Source: Deltaproteobacteria bacterium
GTDB lineage: Bacteria; Desulfobacterota; Binatia; HRBIN30
Reading direction: 5' to 3'
Assembly (NCBI GenBank): GCA_016200585.1
Contig: JACQEN010000188.1
Span: 105-64,104 of the forward strand
Length of the DNA: 64,000 nt
Shown: piece after piece, positions 44,122 to 52,036 of the stretch
How positions within the stretch are numbered: the stretch's first letter is position 1
Layout: the number at the start of each line of letters is the position of its first letter
Translations under genes and position numbers: made by a program
The notes under the pieces: model-generated
What the model was told of the DNA's origin: nothing
What the model saw: the letters and a program-made list of their open reading frames with translations, nothing else
The model's database searches: none

Positions 44122-44970
44122 TCACGCCCGGCGGATTGCACGTCGGCCAGCCAGCAGCAGGAGACCGGACAGGACGGCAAAGAATCCCGCACCTGAGCGA
44201 TGCAAGGGTGAGAGCGCCGGCGCCAACCTGCAGATCTCCAAGACAGGGTTTCCACTGGTCGGAGCTTCGCTGACGGTTCCGTTGCATGCATCGATGAAGG
44301 TGCCGGAATTAGCAAACCTGAACTCGGGGCCCAGGATATTGACCATCCCGTGGTTCGTGAAGTTGTCTGAATTGTAAAATCCACCTGACGACCCGGGAGC
44401 GCCGATTCCGACGCTCACAGTGCCGAAGTTGGAGAAAGGGCCATCATTGAAGAATCCGCCAGAGCTGGAGGCTCCAGCGGTGACGCTGAGCATCCCACGG
44501 TTCAATACCGTGCCGGAATTGAAGAAACCGCCCGAGGAAGCGGCACCCATGGTGATCGTGAAGGTCCCGTCGTTTTCAAAGGTGCTTCCCGAGTTGCTGA
44601 AGAATCCGCCTGCGGCGGTAGAGATGTTCACCGTACCGAAGTTGGAGAACGAGCCTTGATTGGAAATGTTACTTCCGACGGTGGACAGCGTCAGGGTACA
44701 ACCAATGGCGCAAGTGAGGTGGTCGCCGACACCAATGGAAACGGCGCCGGTCAGTGATTGAGGCGTGCTGATGGTGATCACAAAACTGTCGTCAGGGATG
44801 GTGGCATCGTGGTTCGGTACACAGTTGCCCGACCAGTTGCTTGCGGTTTCCCATTTCTTGTCGCCGGCATTGCCGGTCCACGTGCCATTGCAAACTGCGT
44901 ACGCCTTCGAGGCGGAAACCACCGCACCCAATGGCAACAATGCCGCGAGCAAAGCGGCGAGTCGGATCAT
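44122..44970 (-). CDS. Secreted GGFFN-repeat (beta-helix-like?) protein with a C-terminal hydrophobic segment plus Arg cluster
   Basis: Signal MIRLAALLAALLPLGAVVSASKAYA. Repeats AAGGFFSNSG / ASSGGFFNSG / SSSGGFFNDG / GSSGGFYNSD. Tail SGAGFFAVLSGLLLLAGRRAIRRA. Confidence 0.6.
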   Translation of the reverse strand: MIRLAALLAALLPLGAVVSASKAYAVCNGTWTGNAGDKKWETASNWSGNCVPNHDATIPDDSFVITISTPQSLTGAVSIGVGDHLTCAIGCTLTLSTVGSNISNQGSFSNFGTVNISTAAGGFFSNSGSTFENDGTFTITMGAASSGGFFNSGTVLNRGMLSVTAGASSSGGFFNDGPFSNFGTVSVGIGAPGSSGGFYNSDNFTNHGMVNILGPEFRFANSGTFIDACNGTVSEAPTSGNPVLEICRLAPALSPLHRSGAGFFAVLSGLLLLAGRRAIRRA

Positions 44971-45213
44971 TCGAATCGCGGCCGAATCCCAGGTGTTCAA
45001 CACTGCCTCCCCCCGAAAATCATCTTCGGCATCAACGGCCCTTTTCTCCACAACGCCAGCGCTGTTTACCTGACATTTTCACGCTCCGCAAATGGAGCTT
45101 CCAATCCCCGCCCAGCTTTGCGATCAATCAATGCTGATAGTAGATCGATTCATCGATTAGCATAGCTGGCACTAGCCATGATCCTCGGGCACCATAGGGA
45201 AAGAGGTGTTCGA

Positions 45214-48200
45214 ATGGCATTGAAGCATCTTCCCGAAAACGCCCGCCAAGAAGCGCGGGCCTGGAACCTCCAGCTCGGCGTCGCTGGTTTCAAGTACGCC
45301 GATCTCAATCGCGTCCGTCGTTTGGAGGCTTTGGACCGGGCGTTTCTGTCCGACCTGCGCGAGTGCGACAGCAGTCTCGCAGACAACCTTGTGCGCTATC
45401 GGCGCGACGTGGGCGAAGGCTGGTCGCGCTTGCAGGCTGCCGAGTTGCTCATCCGCGTCGCCCCACACCTGGGTGCGTTCGTTGCCCGTCTGTTCCGCAT
45501 CGACGAAGAATACGCGGCCCTGTGTGAACGGGTTCGCGGCGATACGGTGGTATTCCAGTGGAAACGCCAATTCATCGAACGCAACATCCTGAAGACGCCG
45601 CCATCGCAGGACGAGGTGGTGCGCATGGATCCGGTTGAGCTCGAGTTCAGCTACCGCGAAGTTGTCGCGGCGTTGTTGCCCGACGCCGAACTGACGGCGG
45701 ACCCCGAACGCGAGCTGGCATCGGTGACTACGACACTGCAGGAGCTGGTGAAGACAAGCCAAGACGCCGCGTCGCTGGCGGCCGCCAAGAGCCGCTTGGC
45801 GACCGTCGAGTCGTGGGCCCGCGCCCTGGCCTTCCACCCTGCCCTGGCGCAACGCCGCAAGCAGTTCACCTGCTTTCATGTGCCGCAGAAAGTCGACCAC
45901 GACAACCTCGTGCCGCGTGTCTGGCCGCGCCACGATCTATCCGAGTTCTTCATGGGCCCCGCCGACCAGCGCCGGCATCGCGACGGTTTCGATCTCACCG
46001 ACCAGCGCTTCAGCTGCCGCGAAAATCTGCGTGAAGCGCACTATTGCATGACCTGTCACGAACGCGACAAAGACTCCTGCGCCATCGGGCTACGCACGAA
46101 GACCGGCGAAGTGCAGTGCAATCCTCTCGGCATCGAGCTCGCGGGTTGTCCGCTTGAGGAGCGCATTTCGGAAATGATCCAACTGTTCCGCGACGGGCAT
46201 GCGATCGGCGCGCTGGCGGTGATCATGATCGACAACCCGATGTTGGCGGGGACCGGTCATCGCATCTGCAACGACTGTATGAAGGCGTGTATCTTTCAAA
46301 AGCAGGATCCGGTGAACATTCCGCAGATCGAGACCGGGGTGCTTACGGAAGTCTTGCGACTACCGTACGGCTTCGAAATCGCCTCCCTGCTGACGCGCTG
46401 GAATCCGATCAACGCGCGCCGGCCGTACCCGTTGGGCTACAACGGCAAGAATGTGCTCGTGGTCGGAATGGGTCCCGCCGGCTACACGCTGGCGCATCAC
46501 CTGCTCAACGAAGGTTTTGGCGTGGTCGGGATCGAAGGACTCAAAGTGGAACCTTTGGCCCAACAGCTGCGCGGTGCCAAACGGCGCGTGCCACGGCCGA
46601 TTCGCGACCTTGATGAGGTTGTCGGTCCGTTATCGGAGCGCCCGACGTTGGGTTTCGGCGGCGTCGCCGAGTACGGCATCACCGTGCGCTGGGACAAGAA
46701 CTTCCTCGACATCAACTACATCATTCTGATGCGTAGAAAGAAGTTCCGCTTGCTCGACGGCGTCCGCTTCGGCGGCACGCTCACCATCGAGGATGCGTGG
46801 AATCTCGGCTTCGATCACCTCGCCATCGCCGCCGGCGCCGGCAGCCCGACGATCGTCGCGATGGAAAACAATCTTGCCCGCGGCGTACGCATGGCATCGG
46901 ATTTCTTGATGGGACTGCAAGGGCAGGGGGCATGCCGCAAGAACTCGCTGACCAATCTGCAGATCGAGTTACCGGCGGTGGTGATCGGTGGTGGGCTGAC
47001 GGCCATCGACACGGCCACGGAGCTGCAAGCCTACTACGTCACCGAAGTCGAAAAGACGCTGGAGCGCTTCGAACGACTCAAGCGACGCATCGGCGAGCCG
47101 GCGATTTGGACGCGGCTCGACAGCGAGGAAGCAAAGACGGTCCGCACCTGGCTCGAGCACGGACGCATGGTCCAGGCAGAACGCGCCGCCGCACAAGCCG
47201 CCGGGCGCTTGCCGGATTTTGCGCGGCTCGTTCGCTCGTGGGGCGGCGTGACGATTGCCTACCGCAAACGCCTGCAGGATTCGCCGGCGTATCGGCTGAA
47301 TCACGAGGAAGTGATCAAGTCGCTGGAGGAGGGGATCGGTTTTGCCGAGTGCATGAACCCGAAGGCCTGCGTGCTCGACGGCTCGGGTCACGTCGACGCC
47401 TTGCAGTGTACGCGCATGGTGTTCGAGGATGGCAAGTGGCGCGATAGCGGCGAGGTCGTTTCATTTCCCGCCCGTGCCGTGATGGTCGCGGCCGGCACGA
47501 GCCCCAACATCGTCTACGAAAAGGAGCACCCGGGAGCCTTCCGCATCGACGAACGCAAGGCCTGCTTCGCGATGCATACGTTGGAGACGACAGCCGACGG
47601 CCAGCGTCGTCTGCAGCCTGTGTCCGGCGCCGGCATCGGCTTTTTCACTTCGTACGAGAATGACGGCCGCTACATCACCTACTACGGCGATGCCCATCCG
47701 GCGTTCGCCGGCAACGTCGTCAAGGCGATGGCCTCGGCGCGGCATGGCTACCGCCACATTGCGCAACTGTTCGAAGCGGAGGTCGCGACGCAGGATCTCG
47801 CCGAACAAGCGGAACGTGAGAACGCCTGGGTACGCTTCGCCGAAATCCTCGACGACGGTCTGCGCGCCGTGGTCGTCGACGCCATCCGCCTCGCCGACCG
47901 TATCGTCGAAGTGATCGTGCGCGCGCCGATGGCGGCGCGGAATTTTCGCCCGGGTCAGTTCTATCGTGTGCAAAACTACGAAGGCTCGGCCGACGTCGTC
48001 GAGGGCATCCGTTTGACGATGGAAGGTTTGGCGTTGACCGGCGCGTGGACCGATCCGGCCCGCGGCTTGATCTCGCTCATCGTGTTGGAAATGGGTGGAT
48101 CGTCACGCCTGTGCGCCATGCTCGAACCGGGTGAAGAAATCGTTCTCATGGGTCCGACCGGTACGCCCACGGAGATTCCCGAAGGCGAAACCGTGCTGCT

Positions 48201-48834
48201 CGTCGGCGGCGGACTCGGCAACGCCGTGCTGTTCTCCATCGCCGCTGCCATGAAGGCGAGCAACAACCGCGTCGTCTACTTCGCCGGTTACAAACGTGCC
48301 GGCGACCTGGTGAAACGCCGCGCCATCGAGGGCAGTTGCGATATCGTCGTCTGGAGCGTCGACGAGGGCGCGCCGATCGAAGTCCATCGCCCTCAGGATC
48401 GTTCCGTCGTCGGCAACATTGTGCAGGCCATGGAAGCCTATGGCCGCCGCAAGCTCGGCGAGCCGGCCGTGCCGCTCTCCGACGTGCAACGCATGATTTG
48501 CATCGGCTCCGACCGGATGATGGACGCCGTGCGCCAGGCGCGCCACACCACCCTGCGCGAGTTTCTGCGTGCCGACCATCTGGCGATCGGCTCGATCAAC
48601 TCGCCCATGCAATGCATGCTCAAACGCGTTTGCTCGCAATGTCTACAACGCCAGACCGATCCGCAGAGCGGGCGCGAAAAGTTGGTGTTCAGCTGCGAGA
48701 ACCAAGATCAGTCGCTGGACTGCGTCGACTTCCACTTCTTGCATCAACGCCTGAGCCAGAACTCGGCTTCCGAAAAGCTGACATCGCTGTGGCTCGATCA
48801 TCTTTTCGAGCAGCGCGAGGTGCAGGTGGTGTGA
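45214..48834 (+). CDS. Large multidomain FAD/NAD(P) oxidoreductase (unique N-domain, GltD/DPD-like FeS plus flavin module, PyrK-like reductase module)
   Basis: GAAAGAGG before ATG 45214. Cys clusters CMTCHERDKDSC...CPLEE and ICNDCMKACIF. VLVVGMGPAGYTLAHHL. C-terminal MQCMLKRVCSQC...FSCENQDQSLDCV. Confidence 0.8.
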   Translation: MALKHLPENARQEARAWNLQLGVAGFKYADLNRVRRLEALDRAFLSDLRECDSSLADNLVRYRRDVGEGWSRLQAAELLIRVAPHLGAFVARLFRIDEEYAALCERVRGDTVVFQWKRQFIERNILKTPPSQDEVVRMDPVELEFSYREVVAALLPDAELTADPERELASVTTTLQELVKTSQDAASLAAAKSRLATVESWARALAFHPALAQRRKQFTCFHVPQKVDHDNLVPRVWPRHDLSEFFMGPADQRRHRDGFDLTDQRFSCRENLREAHYCMTCHERDKDSCAIGLRTKTGEVQCNPLGIELAGCPLEERISEMIQLFRDGHAIGALAVIMIDNPMLAGTGHRICNDCMKACIFQKQDPVNIPQIETGVLTEVLRLPYGFEIASLLTRWNPINARRPYPLGYNGKNVLVVGMGPAGYTLAHHLLNEGFGVVGIEGLKVEPLAQQLRGAKRRVPRPIRDLDEVVGPLSERPTLGFGGVAEYGITVRWDKNFLDINYIILMRRKKFRLLDGVRFGGTLTIEDAWNLGFDHLAIAAGAGSPTIVAMENNLARGVRMASDFLMGLQGQGACRKNSLTNLQIELPAVVIGGGLTAIDTATELQAYYVTEVEKTLERFERLKRRIGEPAIWTRLDSEEAKTVRTWLEHGRMVQAERAAAQAAGRLPDFARLVRSWGGVTIAYRKRLQDSPAYRLNHEEVIKSLEEGIGFAECMNPKACVLDGSGHVDALQCTRMVFEDGKWRDSGEVVSFPARAVMVAAGTSPNIVYEKEHPGAFRIDERKACFAMHTLETTADGQRRLQPVSGAGIGFFTSYENDGRYITYYGDAHPAFAGNVVKAMASARHGYRHIAQLFEAEVATQDLAEQAERENAWVRFAEILDDGLRAVVVDAIRLADRIVEVIVRAPMAARNFRPGQFYRVQNYEGSADVVEGIRLTMEGLALTGAWTDPARGLISLIVLEMGGSSRLCAMLEPGEEIVLMGPTGTPTEIPEGETVLLVGGGLGNAVLFSIAAAMKASNNRVVYFAGYKRAGDLVKRRAIEGSCDIVVWSVDEGAPIEVHRPQDRSVVGNIVQAMEAYGRRKLGEPAVPLSDVQRMICIGSDRMMDAVRQARHTTLREFLRADHLAIGSINSPMQCMLKRVCSQCLQRQTDPQSGREKLVFSCENQDQSLDCVDFHFLHQRLSQNSASEKLTSLWLDHLFEQREVQVV

Positions 48835-48881
48835 TCGGTCCGGCGTCAGGTTCAGGGGAAGCCGCCGCGACCTGGACGCTG

Positions 48882-50606
48882 ATGGTCAAGGTCTGGTACG
48901 CCAACCGCGTGCGCTCAGGAACAGAGATCAGTTTCCCTGCGGACTCCGCTGCCGAACGCGGCTACGTCCGCTGGGGTTATCCCGTTGTACTGACCGTGCT
49001 GTGGGTGGCGATGGTCGTCGCCGTCAACCCGATCGGTGATTTCCCGCTGAACGACGATTGGGCGTGGGGATCGTCGGTCAAGAAGCTCTGCGAAGAGCAT
49101 GTGCTGACGATTCACGGCTGGGCCGACGCCGCGGTCGTGGCGCAAATCCTGTGGGGCGCGCTCTTTTGCTTGCCTTTCGGATTCTCGTTCACCGTGCTGC
49201 GGTTCTCGACCGAAGTTCTCGGCCTGGCCACGGTTCTGGCGACTTACGGCTTGGGGCGCGAAGTCGCTGCCAGTCGCTGGCTCGCCTTCCTCTGTGCCTT
49301 GGCGGTTGCCACCAACCCCCTGATCTTCGAGTCGTCGAACACGTTCATGACCGACGTTCCATTCTTGGCGTTCCTCTTGTTGGCGGTGCTCTGCTTCGTA
49401 CACTCGGTTCGAACGCGCTCCTGGGTGACGAGTGTGCTTACCATTCCGTTGGTTTTGATGGCGACGATGACGCGTCAGCTCGGGCTGGTCATCCCGCTGC
49501 TCTTCGCGGTTGGCTGCATCCTCAGCCGCACGCTCGGCATCCGCAGTGCGTTGGTCATTCTTGCCGCCGGCGGGCTGGCGTACTTCACCTCGCAGCGTTT
49601 TGAGGCCTGGCTGGCAGCCACGGGGCAGCTCAGTCCCAACTACGGCCGCTTGATGAAGTTAGTGTTGATGCGCTTGCGCGATCCGAGCGCCTATCAATCC
49701 GCCCTCACCGTGGCCGACGGCCTGCACATCGTCATGATCTACATCGGCTTCTTCTGCCTGCCCTTGCTGATCGCGCTTCTGCCGCTGCGTTTGCGGACGA
49801 ACCTGTTCTTCACCTTGCTTGGCCTACTAGCGGCTGCGGCGATGGCATGGATCGCGTGGGGGGCGACGCACGGCGGACAAAACATGCCCTTCGCTCCGGG
49901 GTTCAATCTGACCGACCTGGGTCTCGGGCCGATGACGCTGCCCGATCTGCAGTTCCGCCACCTCGACAATTGGCCGCGCGCTCCGTTTGGCATTTGGGAC
50001 CAGGTGACGCGTGCGGGAATGGCCGGTGGCGTACTGGTTGTCCTGATTGCTGTGATGAGCGCGTTTGAGCTGTTGCTGCGCAAGACCGTACCGACGGCCA
50101 AGCTGACCGCCGCGGTGGCGCTTGGATTCGTCGCCGGTTACGGCGTCGTGCTGCTCATCATGCCGTTCGATCGCTACTTCGTTCCGATGTTTCCAATGAT
50201 TTTGCTCTACTCGGCGTGGGGTGCACAAGCACCGAAGATGGCGTTGTTCAGGTGGGCCTGGCGACTGCTGTCACTGGTTGCGTTGCTTGGCATCGTCGCG
50301 CAAGGCGTCTTCGCCGTGGTTGCAACGCACGACTATCTGGCGTGGAATCGTGCTCGCTGGGTGGCGTTGCGCGAGCTAACCGATGTCGATGGGATCAGCC
50401 CCGACAAAATCGACGGCGGCTTCGAGTTCAATGCCTCGCACCACTACGGCACGCTCGGTCATCCCGACAAGAACCCTTGGGTCGAGGACGACGAGTACAT
50501 GATCACCCTCGGTTCGGTACGAGGTTACCGCACACTGCGAACCTATCCGTTTCAGCGCTGGCTCGCGCCGCCGAGCGGTCAGATCCACGTCCTGGTGCGC
50601 GAGTAG
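48882..50606 (+). CDS. GT-C fold glycosyltransferase (ArnT/PMT, GT39/GT83-like) membrane protein
   Basis: More than 10 hydrophobic segments. First-loop acidic motif NPIGDFPLNDDWAWG. C-terminal soluble domain. An alternative GTG 48831 forms a GTGA overlap with the upstream stop. Confidence 0.6.
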   Translation: MVKVWYANRVRSGTEISFPADSAAERGYVRWGYPVVLTVLWVAMVVAVNPIGDFPLNDDWAWGSSVKKLCEEHVLTIHGWADAAVVAQILWGALFCLPFGFSFTVLRFSTEVLGLATVLATYGLGREVAASRWLAFLCALAVATNPLIFESSNTFMTDVPFLAFLLLAVLCFVHSVRTRSWVTSVLTIPLVLMATMTRQLGLVIPLLFAVGCILSRTLGIRSALVILAAGGLAYFTSQRFEAWLAATGQLSPNYGRLMKLVLMRLRDPSAYQSALTVADGLHIVMIYIGFFCLPLLIALLPLRLRTNLFFTLLGLLAAAAMAWIAWGATHGGQNMPFAPGFNLTDLGLGPMTLPDLQFRHLDNWPRAPFGIWDQVTRAGMAGGVLVVLIAVMSAFELLLRKTVPTAKLTAAVALGFVAGYGVVLLIMPFDRYFVPMFPMILLYSAWGAQAPKMALFRWAWRLLSLVALLGIVAQGVFAVVATHDYLAWNRARWVALRELTDVDGISPDKIDGGFEFNASHHYGTLGHPDKNPWVEDDEYMITLGSVRGYRTLRTYPFQRWLAPPSGQIHVLVRE

Positions 50607-50608
50607 CT

Positions 50609-51754
50609 TCACACTCCTGCAAGCGACTGCGGCAGACGAACCGTGAACGTCGTCCCTTCGGCTGGCGTCGACGAGAAGGTTACCTTGCCGCCGAGATAGT
50701 GCTCGACCAGCAATTTGACGCTGTACGTTCCGATTCCTCGTCCTCTGCCGCCTTTGGTGCTGAACGATCGCTGAAACATCTGTTCCTGGATCTCATCGGG
50801 CATTACCGATTGATTGTGTACGGTGAACGTAGGCCCGTTGTTGTCGCGGAAGCAGACGGTCACCGTTTGCCCGGGCGCTGATGCCTCGAGGGCGTTGACG
50901 ATCAAGTTGCTGAGCACACGAATGAGCAGCGTCTTGTCCGATCGGACCGTGTCCTGTGTCGCCTCCGAAGAGACGATGATCTGCTTGCCCTCGGCGATTG
51001 AATGGCAGGAATAGATCATCCGCAGCCGGGTGATGATATCAGCGGCGCGGATCGTTTCGGGATGCACGAGCAGGTCGCCGCGTTCGGCTGCCGCCAGGTC
51101 GCGCTGCGACTGGATGGCTTCCCCGAGATCCTGCGCGTACTCGCGCGCCATTCGGCCGAGCTCGGGCGACTCGTCGCTGTCAGGCGCCGGTTGCATTTCC
51201 AGAATTGCGCTGAGCCCGGCCACGGCATTGAGAGCGTCGTGAAAGAAGAGGCGTTCGAGCACTTGCCGGCGCTTTTCGTCGGTCGTGTCATGAATGGCGA
51301 AAACCATTAGCGGCTCGCCATCGACGGCCACCGGCGTCGTCCACACGCGTAGATCCAAGGCGGTTGTTTCATCGTCGACGCGGCGCTGAATTCGACACTC
51401 CTGCACATCCGGCTGGGTCGTCTGTTGGCTGTTGAGGATCGATCTCGCGGCACCGCAGTGACGGCAGAATCGTGTGGTGCCGCAACCGCCGGGACGCTTT
51501 CGCGCGTGAATGCATTCGAACGCTTCGCCGTGCCGAAGGCCGATCAAGGCCTCCTGACGCTTTCCCAACAGACCGGCAAGCTTGTCGTTGGCGAAGATGA
51601 TTTGGCGCTGCTGGTTGAGGATGACCGCCGGCTCGGGGAAGCTGTCGAGCAACGCTCCGACGAGTGGATTTGCCGCTAGCTTTTGTCTTCTGGCAAACAC
51701 CTCGTCCGGCGCTTCGCGTTCAGCTGGCGCGAACTCCGTCGCCAAATGTTCCAC
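50609..51754 (-). CDS. Cytoplasmic PAS-type sensor histidine kinase with a Cys/His cluster
   Basis: H-box LFFHDALNAV, N/G boxes LSNLIVNALEA and GRGIGTYSVKLLVE. C81-x-H83-x7-C91-x5-C97-x2-C100 in the sensor domain. Confidence 0.85.
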   Translation of the reverse strand: MEHLATEFAPAEREAPDEVFARRQKLAANPLVGALLDSFPEPAVILNQQRQIIFANDKLAGLLGKRQEALIGLRHGEAFECIHARKRPGGCGTTRFCRHCGAARSILNSQQTTQPDVQECRIQRRVDDETTALDLRVWTTPVAVDGEPLMVFAIHDTTDEKRRQVLERLFFHDALNAVAGLSAILEMQPAPDSDESPELGRMAREYAQDLGEAIQSQRDLAAAERGDLLVHPETIRAADIITRLRMIYSCHSIAEGKQIIVSSEATQDTVRSDKTLLIRVLSNLIVNALEASAPGQTVTVCFRDNNGPTFTVHNQSVMPDEIQEQMFQRSFSTKGGRGRGIGTYSVKLLVEHYLGGKVTFSSTPAEGTTFTVRLPQSLAGV

Positions 51755-52036
51755 ATCTTTGTGGTTAGCCGAGCATTCAACCGAGCGTCATGATCGATCC
51801 CGGCCAAGCCGCCTGACCTTTGTCACATCGGTCGCGTTTTCGTTTCCTGCAAGCCTCTGCGCTGGATGCTTTGGAGCGTGAAGAGACTTGCGTGGCCAGG
51901 TGCGGATGCCTGTGCCGGCGCAGCAAATGGCCGACACTCGACGTTGGCCGAGTGTTGGCGCGAATCCTGCGTTGCCACCTTTTGTCGGCGCCAAGGTGTT
52001 TCGCGACGCTCCGGCGAAGAAATCGAGGAGGACGTA

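Noticed and set aside
45168-45185. Sigma-54-like TGGCAC upstream of the large oxidoreductase.
   Set aside because: The -12 element (TTGC) is absent at the required 5-nt spacing (TGGCAC-tagcc-ATGAT).
46045-46059. CMTCH (CxxCH) motif in the large oxidoreductase as a haem-c site.
   Set aside because: The protein has no signal peptide. The motif also sits in a Cys cluster spaced like the GltD/DPD N-terminal [4Fe-4S] sites, so covalent haem attachment is implausible.
51930-51959. 11-bp (one G-U) hairpin about 78 nt upstream of P4, plus other isolated intergenic hairpins (e.g. 22023..22053).
   Set aside because: There is no U-tract, no match to a motif I know, and no second copy. Such stems are expected by chance in GC-rich DNA.
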